A stretch of DNA of 64,000 bases, from NCBI GenBank assembly GCA_964016885.1, contig OZ024749.1, positions 45,818,001 to 45,882,000 on the forward strand, read 5' to 3'. Position 1 is the stretch's first letter. The number at the start of each line of letters is the position of its first letter. The DNA is from Eledone cirrhosa. Its lineage: Eukaryota. The notes under the pieces are model-generated. The model was not told the DNA's origin, made no database searches, and was given only the letters and a program-made list of their open reading frames with translations. Below are positions 43,290 through 57,633 of the stretch, piece by piece. A program made the translations under genes and the position numbers.

Positions 43290-43600
43290 TTATTTTTATT
43301 TTTTTTATTTTTATTTTTATTTTTATTTTTATTTTTATTTTTATTTTTATTTTTATTTTTATTTTTATTTTTATTTTTATTTTTATTTTTATTTTTATTT
43401 TTTATTTTTTTTATTTTTTCCCTATTCCAACAGCTTAATTTAAATGTATGGGATTTAAACCTCTCCGACACTAATTTGCATAATAAACCGATAATAAAAA
43501 ATTAAAATTAGTAACCCCACTATCCGGGAGCTTCCAACCGACATGGTCGCATTCTTTAAGGGCTTGTCAATATTTGTTTATAAAACTGATCTATATTATA

Positions 43601-43661
43601 TTTTATCTGATGAAAGCGCACCATAATTTGCTTTGGTGTCCTTGAAATATGTATGATGAAA
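43601..43661 (+). ncRNA. Hammerhead ribozyme relic (core intact, cleavage triplet AUG)
   Basis: ttttat CTGATGA [aagcgcacca taatttgctt tggtgtcctt] GAAA tatgta TG atgaaa, overlapping AATAAA. Confidence 0.65.
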
Positions 43662-43792
43662 TAAATATGGTTTTATAAATATAGTTTCCATTTGTTAATA
43701 TATTGTATTTTTAGTCCAAAAATTTGTTGAGTGCTTTATATCAGTTATACAAATATTTGCTTGTTGTATCCCAACAAATTAAATATAACTTC

Positions 43793-43882
<90 letters not shown>

Positions 43883-43908
43883 AGTGTGTGTGTGTGCGTA
43901 ATCTATGC

Positions 43909-44115
43909 TTTCGAATATTAATAATATTCGATTAGTTTGCAATTATGCAAACAAACCTCATTTTTAAAGCCATATCCCGAGAATGAGACCCTCATTCTTC
44001 ATCTTTAAAAATAAAAATAAAAATGAGCCTTGTTTGCATAATTGCAAACGAATCAAATAATATTTTTAATATTCGAAAAACTCATATATTGTATTCAGCC
44101 ATGTAGATCGAAAAC
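43909..44115. mobile_element. Head-to-head element, family H: arms 43909-43965 and 44017-44078
   Basis: Inverted copies of ttcgaatatt..gtttgcaattatgcaaacaa..ctcattttta. The minus-strand spacer has tttttaaag ATGAAGA atgag ggt ctcat..GGGA..ctttaaaaa, possibly a decayed hammerhead. Confidence 0.7.
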
Positions 44116-44122
44116 ATATATA

Positions 44123-44320
44123 TAAGAAACACACGCACCAGACGCTTTCACTCCATTTTATTATAAATTTAAAAAAAAAAAAAAATTATTTATAATAAAT
44201 TGGAGTGAAAGCGATGGTGCGTATGTTTCTTATTGGCAACATGACCCTCCCAAAGTGTAACAATATCGATTTCAACACACGTTTTCCGATAAATAATCTT
44301 GCTAAACGAATTCAGAAGCG

Positions 44321-44322
<2 letters not shown>
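44123..44322. mobile_element. Head-to-head element, family I: arms 44123-44168 and 44188-44232, right-arm tail to 44322
   Basis: ~45-bp inverted repeat with an A-run spacer and AATAAA near the inner end. TA on both sides. Confidence 0.8.
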
Positions 44323-44408
<86 letters not shown>

Positions 44409-44413
<5 letters not shown>

Positions 44414-44566
44414 AGTTATATTTAATTTGTTGGGATACAACAAGCAAATATTTTTATAACTGATATAAAGCACTCAACAAATGTTTGGACTAAAAATACA
44501 ATATATTAACAAATGGAAACTATATTTATAAAACCATATTTATTTCATCATACATATTTCAAGGAC
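44409..44566 (-). mobile_element. Third family G arm (long tail), truncated inside ribozyme stem II
   Basis: Near-identical reverse complement of 43638-43796. Confidence 0.9.
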
Positions 44567-44865
44567 CAGTCCTCGCGAGATGTCATAATTCGCAGCAGCT
44601 GTAATATGAAATAATTCTTCGTATTCAAGTATTCTATGCAGAAACTTAAAACTCCTTGGCATAGACGCCAAAGCTATTTGTCCTTTGCTCTACAGATTCT
44701 GCCGAATCATTGTCCAAAGCCAAGCACTGCTTCTTTTCATTTTTACTGTGGTAAATTCTCTTTGCAATATTTTCAAAACAATGTTTATATGTGTGCGTAT
44801 ATATATATACATATATATATATACATATATATATATACATACACACACATATAACCCCCCCCCCC

Positions 44866-44905
<40 letters not shown>

Positions 44906-45825
44906 TTATCTTTTGATCTCCCACTTATATTTAATTTCATGAATTCAAGTTTCAAATAAACGATGTGTATACTTAATATTCTTTAAAAGTTATGTCATAT
45001 AACTTATAGATATACACATACTTATACATACTTTTATATATATTTGTTTATTCTCGTTGACAAAAAGGCACCCATATACATACTGCCATATGAATATCAC
45101 AAATAGCGATATACAAATATGTGTGATATTTATTTGTTTATGTGTTTGCGAAATTTTGTGCGTATGCGAAAATGTATATGTTTTTATATACGCGTTGGAA
45201 ATAGAAGAGTTTGAGGTACATGTACATGGTATTAAGTACATATGTATGGATAAATTAATTTCCGACGTATTGAAGAATTTTCCATCAATTCTCCGCTTCC
45301 CTTTACAAAAGCTATGCTAAAATATCCCATAGTGTCGGTGAAAATAGAGTTATTTACAAATAGCTAACATAACTGCGAAGATTATGAATATTTTACAAGC
45401 ATTCCGATGAAGCACAACAGAGAAGATAAAAAAATAACAATAAAACATATACGAATATATTATGATGTAATAATTAAATTACAAAATAAAATGAATTCAT
45501 GAAGAAATTTTAATATAAGATAATAAAATAACAATGTAACAACATTTAAAAGAAATATAAAACAAGACATAAAATATAACAAATAAAAATATATAAAGAA
45601 TTTAGTCTCTCTTGATAACGAGAATTGTTGGATAATTCAGAATATTCTTTGCAATAGACTAAATACGCATACAATTACCAAAAACCAAAAATGTAAAAGA
45701 TAAATAGGAATATTCACCACAGGATTTGCTTAAGCATTTAAGTGATAGTTTAAAAAATAACGAAACGAAGAATGATAACGTATGATGAAATTAATAAAAT
45801 ATATATCTTTCTAAAACTGATACTC

Positions 45826-45874
<49 letters not shown>

Positions 45875-45949
45875 TATTATTATCATTATTATTATCATTA
45901 TTATTATTATTATTACAATTATTATTGTTATTGTTGTTGTTGTTGTTGC

Positions 45950-46003
<54 letters not shown>

Positions 46004-46554
46004 CGTCGTTGCTGTTGTTGTTGATGACGTTATTATGTGTAGTAGGAATGTTGTTGGTCGTGTTTATATTCTTGGTTTTGGTGTTGTAGTTTTATTTTTT
46101 AAGTTAGGTTTATTATTAATAGTATTATTATTATTATAATTATTCAATGAATACAATTGGGGATATGTATATGCTGTTCATACTTTTCATATGAAGGATG
46201 TTTTGGAAAAATATTTCAATGTGAATATCCAATAAACATCCTGTTGAAAATTATGAAAATTTAATTAATTAATGTGTAAGTATGAATACAACGAAAGAAA
46301 AACATAATGAATCGCACTAGATTTACTATGCCATCTATATATTCCATTCCTTCTTTCTATATTACATTCTCTGATTCTCTCTCTCTCTCTCCCTCTGTCT
46401 CTGTCTCTCGCTCTCTCTCTCTCTCTCTGTCTCTCACTCTCTCTCTCTCTCACTCTCTCTCTCTCCCACTCTCTCTCACTCTCCCTCTCTTTCTCTCTCT
46501 CTCTATTTATATACCTATCTCTCATTCTCCCTACATCTTTATATACTAATCTAT

Positions 46555-46850
46555 TGCACTCTCCGCCTCTTTAAATATCAATTGCTCACCCTCTTTGCAT
46601 TTGTGTATATCGATCACTCACACTTTCCTCATAATCATATATCAATCTTTCCCCTTCTCTCTCTGCCTCTATATATCGATCTTTCACTCATTCTGCCTCT
46701 TTATATTTAAATATCTCACACTTTCTGCATCTTTATATTTCACTGTCTCACCCTCTCTGCCTCTGTATATATAAATATCCAACACTTTCAGCATCGTTAT
46801 ATTTCAATATCTCACCCTCTCTCTGCCTCTTCAGATATGAATCTTTTCCT
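46555..46850. repeat. Degenerate ~41-bp tandem repeat, about 7 units
   Basis: Recurrent ctcaccctctctgcctct.tatat.t.aatat. Confidence 0.7.
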
Positions 46851-47574
46851 CTTTCACACACTCACATACATTTTATTTGAATTCAGCAATCAAATTGTTG
46901 GCTGCTTCTATGTGAGAATATCTAAATATTTGATGTTCAGTTTGATATTGTTTAGCAGGATATCAGAAGATATATTATGTATTCAACGTACGTAATAAGA
47001 AAATAGAAGATATTTGACACACTGCATATTTTATATTTACTTTCCTTTTCATTTCCACCCCTACCTCCATATGTGTGTGTGCGTGTGTGTGTGTAATTAC
47101 GTACATGATTGTATGTATATATATATATAAGTACATACACGTATAAATATATATTCTCTAAAGGGAACTTATTTCCTTCATAATACAAGACATATAATTA
47201 CACGAACGCATCATAGACAAAACATATAAAAAATATGGAAAATCACGTAAAGAAAATATTAATATAATTTTAGATTTAATAATGACTTTCAAAACATTGA
47301 CTGTCATTATATGTATATGTTAGTGTACCCGTGTCGTCAATAGTAGTGGCAATAACGTTGAACGTATCTAAGTTTTCTAGCCTAGCATGGGTTTGTCATA
47401 TATATAAGTATTACTGGATGTATGAAAATTCAGACAATCTATGAATATAGCATATTTGATATATTATTTATTTACTTAACTGTAAACCTATGGTTTAAGT
47501 GAATTAGGACTACACTAAATTAATGTTAAGTGTGTTATTTTATTAATATATTCAAAGATATTGTTAAACAAATG

Positions 47575-47638
<64 letters not shown>

Positions 47639-47639
<1 letters not shown>

Positions 47640-47823
47640 ATTGTTTCTACTTTAGGCACAAGGCCAGCAATTATCCAGTTCATTACTGGTACTTTATTTT
47701 ATTTGACCCCGTAAGGATGAAAGGCAAAGTCAACCTCGGTGGGATTTGAACTCAGATCATAAAGGGACGTAACTATGCTGGAAAGCATGGCGTCCGACCC
47801 TCTACCGATACTGCCAATCCACC
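47639..47823 (-). mobile_element. tRNA-derived SINE (main family), full length, close to consensus
   Basis: Highly similar to 7046-7223; 3' end abuts (TA)n. Confidence 0.92.
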
Positions 47824-48059
47824 TCTATGCCCTCTATATCCACCGCCCAATATATATATAATGACATACATGACTAAACATGTGTGTAACCATGGGGAAA
47901 TGACTATTTATTTTCACAAATATAGGGTTTGAACGTAGGATCTTGTGATTGGAAGGAGAGATATTTATTGTAGCAATATTACTAAGATAGCAGATGTATT
48001 GTGTGAATGAGAAATATAGATACAGATACAAACACTGTATAATGTATTATTATGCTTGA

Positions 48060-48139
<80 letters not shown>

Positions 48140-49566
48140 TATATATACACACATATATATACATATATATATATATATACATATAAATATATATATAGAG
48201 AAAGTGGCTTCCTTGTTCAATCATCTTACCAGAAGCCTGACATTATTTATGTATGCGGACGGTACTTGATTTAGGAGCCGCAGAAACCCATATACTGGGT
48301 TTTACCAACCTTCCAGGGTCCGGGTAAATTTTCAATACCTGAATTACTTGATCGTTTTTTGGGGCTATGCGAATGATTGTTTAACCATCGTCTCAGTGTG
48401 TTTGGCCTTTAACGTTTGTTATAGCTCTGGTTCATCTGAATCATTGAGCACTTGCCGCACATCTCGGAGGTTCTTTTTCGTTATTTCGTCGGCCGAAATA
48501 CGGATCTCGCTAATTTATGTTTATATATATATATACATACTATGACCATATGCTGATCATTTTTACTCTAGTGTTTTATCTACCCGTATATATATATATA
48601 TATATATATAGGTATATAGATAGATAAATATTTAGAATATTTGCCAATGTACTTTTGGACAAATTTCAATTAACATCACAAAGTACTGGAACAGATATTG
48701 CAAAATATTTTTTCCGTTGATTTAACTATTGGGAAAATTCACCATATGTGATTTAGCTTTATTTAAACTTAAATAAACATTTAAAAAGCGGGGAATAGGT
48801 CTTGAACTCGAAGCACAGAGAAACAGAACATACACAAACCCACTTATGTGACACTCTAATGTCACGGCCAATTTTCAGTGTATTAAACGTAAACATGTAG
48901 TCTTGTGCGAAGGGTTTCGGCATCAATATTATATTTGGTACTGTGAGAGTTATTGCAGTTCATGTTCTTATTGGTGTTGTAGTTATTTTTGTTGTAATTG
49001 TTGTTGTTTATGTTGATATTCTTGTTACTGTTTTAAAATATAATTGATTACAACATATAATCACTGGTCCGGAAAAATAAACCGAACTACATAAACATCA
49101 CCATGACCACAGCCTACACAGCAGCCTCAATGCCAGCACCGACTACACCAACATGGGCACCTACATTATATGTACCACCGACGTCGCCGTCATCTTTCAT
49201 CCCCCACTCGTCTCATTAGTCCCAACATCACCATCATCATACACAGACATAACAAGCATTACATATTCTCTTTCGTTCGTTCGATTAGAAACTAAACTAA
49301 TGGTCAGAAGAATGTAATGAACAAACGCGGATGTGGTTGAATGTACATCCTGCCTAAATGGTAAAATGTATCCTTTGAGGAAGAAATTTTCATTAGCATA
49401 TAAACCGTCTGACCGGAAGTGGCCGAATTTCCACTAACGTAATTAGAAATGAGTTTATTTTGATGAGGGACATTTTCTTCATCAGTTATTGATTTTCCTT
49501 GGATGGTTGTGAGTAACGAATATGCATACACAAACATACAGATACACACACTCATATGTATGTATG

Positions 49567-49598
<32 letters not shown>

Positions 49599-49599
49599 G

Positions 49600-49679
<80 letters not shown>

Positions 49680-49686
49680 TATACAC

Positions 49687-49755
<69 letters not shown>

Positions 49756-49841
49756 TATGTGTTTGTGTGTGTGTATATATATATATATACATATGTTTAT
49801 ATATTTGTATATATATGTATGTATATTTATATTTATACTTG

Positions 49842-49911
<70 letters not shown>

Positions 49912-52900
49912 TATATATTTGTATATATATATATATTTATATATATACACTTATATGCATATATATTATATATATATGTGGTTGTGTGTGTCTACGTAGG
50001 TTTGAATATTTCGTGTGTTTGTGTGTTGCATTTATATTATATGTATGCATGTTTATTTTTTTTTACATTTACTCTGAGATTTATCATACGACTGGGAATG
50101 GAGTCTGACTAAATGGAATGTAATTGGCTCCAACCAAAAGTCATATCAAGTTGATATTAAGGTGGTAAGGTAGTCTGCAGAACTAAAGTTATATGACTAA
50201 AAGAACATCATCGATACACCATATTTACCTTATATTATGGAACAATCATCACGAGTAACTAGAGTGATTTGTCGGTGCTGTCACTAACCTTTATATCGTC
50301 AAGACTACCTGAGCCTCATAGGACTCAAGAAACACCCAAGAGAACATAGTGAAGCAAAAGTAAATACAGTAAATGTGAAATTTTTAAAAGGAGAATTAAT
50401 GCTAGAATGTCTCAGCAAAGAAACGCTTGGTGGACTTTAAGGGCAACGTCAAACGGTTGGTGACCCAGGAGTAGAACCCAACAGAAAAAAGAAATTAATT
50501 AAATATATACCTGGTATATTCTAGTTTCATTTTTAACTATTATCCACTATCAGTTACACGGATTTGTTTTGTGTTCAAGTTTCGAATCATTTGAATGTAA
50601 GTAGGTAATGCACGTCTTATCTGAAACGCATTTGATTCAATTATTTAGACATGATTACTTGAGAGTTGTGTCTTTCGTTCTGCACGCGGTAGTGAATGGG
50701 TTACAGAGAAAATGTAAGTACATAAGGACGAAATGAGAAGGTAGTAAGTATACAAAGAGACGCATCTTTCGGCTGGTCAGATACTTACTTGGGCGGTCGT
50801 ACAGTTGGATGGCAGAACGATGGTTGGCTGGACAGTTAGTTGTTTGGCTAGTTGGTCGGTTGGTTCGTTGGTACTACACATTCTCTCAATGTAACCTTGT
50901 TAACTTGAATGCATTCTCAATGACAATTCGAAGTGTTTTATCGCGTTAACATAACTACTATTCGCCTTTCAAATCGATCCAACTGACAGTGTACTTTTCA
51001 CTCAATTTCTAATCAAATTTGGCAACTGTTGAAGGTGTTCATGTAAAACTGCATATATCAGGAAAAATTTCTTGGCACATCCTAATCGATTGCCGTGTCC
51101 AAGAAGCATAAACTATTTAAGGGTATCTTAAGATTATGTAGAAAGAGCTGACTAACTCTATTATGTCTTTCGAAGTAGAAATGCCAAAGGCAGTTTTGCT
51201 ATGATAGAAACTTTACAAGAAATTATTCAGTGCAACATAGAAATAGATCTGACTATTCTGTTGGAATTTATTGCTATTTTCCACATACTATTTTTATTTC
51301 TGTATTTTCGACGTTTTTCTTTCTTTTTTCATATACAATGCACTTGTCTGTAATGATTTAACATAACCGCAATTCCAAGGACAAATTAATTTATTTTTAC
51401 ATGTCGCAGTGTAAAGTAAAATATATTTTCCTTTGTCGGGGGAGTAAAAATGGAAGCTTTATAAAATTTTATTTAAATATTTTGAATGAAGTTAATTGTA
51501 TTTGATTTTACGGTTCTGTACAACACAAATGTCGTATTCCACATCTCAATACGATAAATTACTAATGTAATATTTGAGAGAATCTGTATATATTTCTAAA
51601 TACATACACAGATACACATACAGTGAAGCTTATTTCTATTTACCAAGATGGGAATTTAAACAATAAAGTAAATACACATAACTGAATTACGTAAGACTAT
51701 AATTCATCTAGATAGCACTAATAAGGATTACATAAATAGAAGCAACCAGATACATTTTCATAGAAACTGTTCCAGGTTTTATTCAATGGTTTAATTAATC
51801 ATGAAAGATGTAATTTCGAGTCAATATCAATGGGGTATATACACATAAATAAAAAAGTGTGGGACATAGAATTACCAATACATTTTTATCTTTAAAACAA
51901 TAGCATATATTCTGTATTACTGATTTAGAGCACAATTCCTCTAGTTATCTGGCTTGGCTTGTGCAAATATATTATTCCGGGTTTGAAGAATTAGAATGTC
52001 TACTCATTGTAACGTAAATTCACAGTTAAATAACTGAATAAAAGAGCACTATTTTGTTATATTGTTCACATGCGATAGACATAGATTTTGCATGAAGTGA
52101 TTTCAGTATTTTGCGCAGGATCTTTACGTTGTACCAGTCTGTCAAAAATAATATCAATTAGATTTACGTAATATGTAAACATGTGTGTGGAATATTCACC
52201 TACCTGCACTTAAATATCACGGGCTTTTCTGTTGAAAAACTGGAAGTGTCCTAGTCAGAACACCACATAAACTTCATTCTGCTAGTGGTAATTATTTCAT
52301 CGAACTCTAAGAAGGAAATACAAATTCTGCTACCGGGAACGTCTTTACATTGCTGCTCACATTGAATCAATGTTCAAATCATCATTCAACACGTTCAAAA
52401 TCTATAGTACACAGATAACGTACTCCTTGATATATAGTTTCTCATTATAAACGTTATCCTAGATATAATTTGAAACAAATTAACAACAAAACCAGCATGA
52501 ATAATAAAGAGATCAAAGCTTCTGATCATTGCTAATCAGGTTTAGTGTTAATTATTTCATATTCAATAAAACAAGAACTAAACGGAAACCAATATTAGTG
52601 AAATTTAAACTAAATATAACGAATATCATACGATGAAAAAACTTGTTGTTCCTATTCCTAGCGTGGCTATATATAAAGTAAAAACATCTATCATATACTT
52701 TTTCCAGCTTTGATTTTAGTGTTTCATTTAATGTTGTTGACATCACAATAGTTTCATATGTATGTTCTTCTATGTTTTACGAAATAATTCAATGATAAAC
52801 ATTATAAAAATAGAATATGGAATCTTTCACAAACAAGACTTAATACCATATAATTTCAGGTATGGAATTTTCAACCTATATTCATTTCAACAAAACGTTT

Positions 52901-52969
52901 TTCAACTAGGAGCTCAATAAACAATAGTAGTACATAAAATCAATATAAATATATATATATATATATAAA

Positions 52970-53049
<80 letters not shown>

Positions 53050-53096
53050 TACATCTATATGTACATCTATATATAGATGTATATATATCTATCTAT

Positions 53097-53144
<48 letters not shown>

Positions 53145-53151
53145 GCATACC

Positions 53152-53203
<52 letters not shown>

Positions 53204-53223
53204 TATGTATATATATATATATA

Positions 53224-53323
<100 letters not shown>

Positions 53324-53343
53324 TATATATATATATATACATA

Positions 53344-53385
<42 letters not shown>

Positions 53386-54095
53386 TAAATATATATATAT
53401 TTATAAACATATATGTGTGTGAGTGTGTGTTTGTGTGTGTGTGTGGTGTGTGTATTATTGTTTAGAATGCGTATAAGAGTAAACAAAAATAAAACATGTA
53501 TATGTATAGCTGGATGATCGTATTTAACTTATAGATCCGTGTGTGTGAGTGTGCGTATTGTGTATATGTTTCAGTACGCTCTTTGCTATCTCTCTATATA
53601 TGTAAGCATGTATATATTCCATAAAGTCAACCAACTCTCTAAATAAAAGTTCAACGCAGTTCGGAATGTCCGAATAGGTGTGAAGTTATTTCTACCATAA
53701 ATTTCCACCAACGGCGCCACTCATGGCTGCAAGGAAAACTATTGTTTAGTTATTTACGCACGCTATGTTCTTTTTTTCTGTTTTTGGTCCTAATAGGCCT
53801 CTTTGTCTTTGCCTTTTTCCCCACTTAATTTATTTGTCTATTTATTTCCTTGCTGACAAACCCTTCATCACTAAAGCAAAAGATCCTTACAAAAATAGAA
53901 ACCTGTAACTCTCGGGAAGAAGTTGCGTAGCAGATTCAAGAAGTAGTTTCCGGATCAGTTACAGTCTAGAACCATTATTTCGAATTAAAACTTCAACAGT
54001 TGCAGGAATACAATGAACTTAGCCTTACATAAACATAGACGAAATGCGAGAAAATATACAGAAACTAACAAAACCATGCATGTATGTATGTATGT

Positions 54096-54335
<240 letters not shown>

Positions 54336-54356
54336 GCATTTATGTATGTATGTATG

Positions 54357-54405
<49 letters not shown>

Positions 54406-54662
54406 GCATGCTATAATGCTTTTTGTCAAGGGAGACGATTTACGAAACGATTTATAACGTTGTTTAAGTGGAGCAAATTTACGAAGTTGTGTTTAAGTAT
54501 TTTAGAACATAAACACATCTGAAAACCTATGGCGGCTCTAATTTGGCTGTGGTGTATTGAAGAAAACAATTTTATTGCTATTGTTAAAATCGGAAGGATT
54601 CTGTATCTATGACACCATATGCACACACATGCGTATGTAAATATCGTTGTATGTATGTATAT

Positions 54663-54740
54663 AGGAAAATGGACAGGACCCCGATGGTTGAGCTCCGGTC
54701 GTTTCGACAGCTAGATCTGAACTAACCCAGTAGTGTTCGT
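54663..54740 (-). mobile_element. Diverged family E terminus
   Basis: aggaccccgatggttgagctccggtcgtttcgacagcta matches 28701-28739. Confidence 0.7.
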
Positions 54741-54749
54741 ATCTATGTA

Positions 54750-54829
<80 letters not shown>

Positions 54830-55088
54830 TATATGTGTGTGTGTGTGTGTGTTCAACCATGTGTGTTTATCTGATTGTTTGTTTGTTTATCTTGCTTCAA
54901 CTGCTTTCGCCCAGCAGGTAGACCAACCGTCATCAAGTGGTTTCGCCGACCCCAGTAATACCTCCGGAACTTCAGTTTGTATTGTAAGAGCGGAAAGTTC
55001 ACTATGGCATACCTTTGGCATAAATTAATGTTGCTTGGCTATCAATTTTATTTTCAGTATCACCGTCTCTCTTCCCCTCTCTCACTGT

Positions 55089-55169
<81 letters not shown>

Positions 55170-55170
<1 letters not shown>

Positions 55171-55309
55171 TTTCGTTGGGTTTTGGGCACCAATTCGTTT
55201 GCGAGATTTGAGTAACTGTTTATGTCACTGTTGTAATCAGTTATACTAAACTAGTACCATGGACTGAGTGCTCTTACTCTTGGATATTTCCACTTAACTC
55301 CTACTTCAG
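55170..55309. mobile_element. Family L element: inverted stem II fragment plus long-tail arm, in (TA)n
   Basis: ctttcgttgggttttgggcaccaatt matches 60918-60942. 55207-55309 matches the reverse complement of 60815-60916. Confidence 0.8.
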
Positions 55310-55331
55310 TATATATATATATATATATATA

Positions 55332-55463
55332 AGTAGAAGGGGTATTTAACTTGCTGGAAATTATTATATCTGAAGAAAGCGTACCAAAGTGTTTTGGTAC
55401 CCTTGAAATATATATAATAAAATAAATATGCTTTTATAAATATAGTTTCCATTTATTTAATAT
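55332..55463. mobile_element. Family G short element: 30-nt inverted tail end plus ribozyme-bearing short arm
   Basis: 55332-55361 resembles the reverse complement of 43767-43796. 55362-55463 resembles 43598-43700. Confidence 0.8.
55364..55422 (+). ncRNA. Type I hammerhead ribozyme, canonical core
   Basis: ttatat CTGAAGA [aagcgtaccaaa gtgt tttggtaccctt] GAAA tatata TA | ataaaa. Stem II shows compensatory change versus 43601-43661 (gtacca/tggtac vs gcacca/tggtgt). Confidence 0.8.
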
Positions 55464-55468
55464 CATGT

Positions 55469-55641
<173 letters not shown>

Positions 55642-56550
55642 TCACACACATATCTGTATATATATATATGTTTGTGTGTGTTTGTGTAGAGCAAGAAGAA
55701 GAGGATTATATATTTAACTGTATCTCTAATATACATTTATATGTTTTTCTTGTTTGTACCTTACTGGCTGATCTTTTCACTTAAGTACTCATTCACATTC
55801 ATTTTCATTCATTCACCCACACTATTCCATATAATAATATCCTCCTTCCTTTCAACACATTTCTTTCCAGTCTCCAGGAAACATACTCACTAGTATACTC
55901 CTTCATTCACTTATCACTCATTCACTAACGTATTCATGCATCCATGCAAATATACATACACACGCATACACACAATCTACTTGTATGCACATACACACGT
56001 GACACATGTATTAGACATCTGTCTTTATTCCTCCATTGGACTGTCCATCATTTTATCCACATAACTATTAAGCTTGCTGTCTGTCTGTGTTACATTCTCT
56101 ACTTCCTATAAACTTGAATGCCATGTCCACGCTATTGTCTAGTAGAATTTTTATTTGCACGAATCTTTGTTCACATTTTGCCTCCATATTGACGGCTTTA
56201 TGTAGTATCGTAACGACTTGCTAATCATCGTATTTCATTGCCTACTTTTCAAAGTAGCAGACATTTTGTAAATTTATACGTTCATTTGTATATTTATGTT
56301 GAAAGTTTATATATTTATACATATTTTCTTCAATATATTGTGATTTTGTTAATGACTATGTTCATATTTGTTTTTGTTTAGTTTCTTGCTGTTGCAGTTT
56401 AACATTAGCATTATTATAGACACTTTATATATTTTATGTGTTAATGTTTATTTTAATATAATCTAAGCATTTAGTAACTGCACATATCTGTACATATTCA
56501 AATCTACATGCACAACAGTATATACATGCAACACACCGACACAATCACAC

Positions 56551-56702
<152 letters not shown>

Positions 56703-56923
56703 ACACGGGTGTGTGATTGTGTATAGAAGATTATATTAATAAGAGGAATTCCAACTTTGTCTGATTTACTCGTTTCATTTACAATCCTTTAAAATTCATA
56801 ATGGTATTATAATGAAATAGTATGATAGAATATGAAATGTTAAGTGTTAATTGAACAAGTACTTTCATGCTTTCGCAATCTTCAGGTTCATAATGTGTGG
56901 TGACAGTCAAGTTTGCAATTTTC

Positions 56924-56965
<42 letters not shown>

Positions 56966-56982
56966 ATATGTTTATATATATA

Positions 56983-57145
<163 letters not shown>

Positions 57146-57423
57146 CGTATCGAGAGAGAGAAAAAGAAAAGGGAGGGATAGGTGATACATATAGTTATTT
57201 GCCAAATAGCGTATGCAGAAGGAGCTCAATACTAGTGTATCCACATCTTGTAACGGATAAAAAGTTTGTCCGGGAAAGACTGCCCTAACACCGGCCAGAG
57301 TTACCTCCCTTGTCATACTGTAAAATCAAAACAACCTTTTTTTGCGAAGAATGAACTCTGACGTGAACTTACCACAAAAAACACTTTCCGGGCCATGTAA
57401 GGAACACTTTTAGTTATTTATGT

Positions 57424-57633
<210 letters not shown>

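Larger units (their letters stand above)
42909..43796. mobile_element. Head-to-head element, family G: ~240-bp arms (42909-43149, 43457-43707), microsatellite spacer, right-arm tail to 43796
   Basis: Arms are highly similar inverted copies (gaatgcgaccatgtcggttggaagctcccggatagtggggtt). Spacer contains (TA)n and (TTTTTA)n. Both outer ends lie in (TA)n. Confidence 0.9.
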
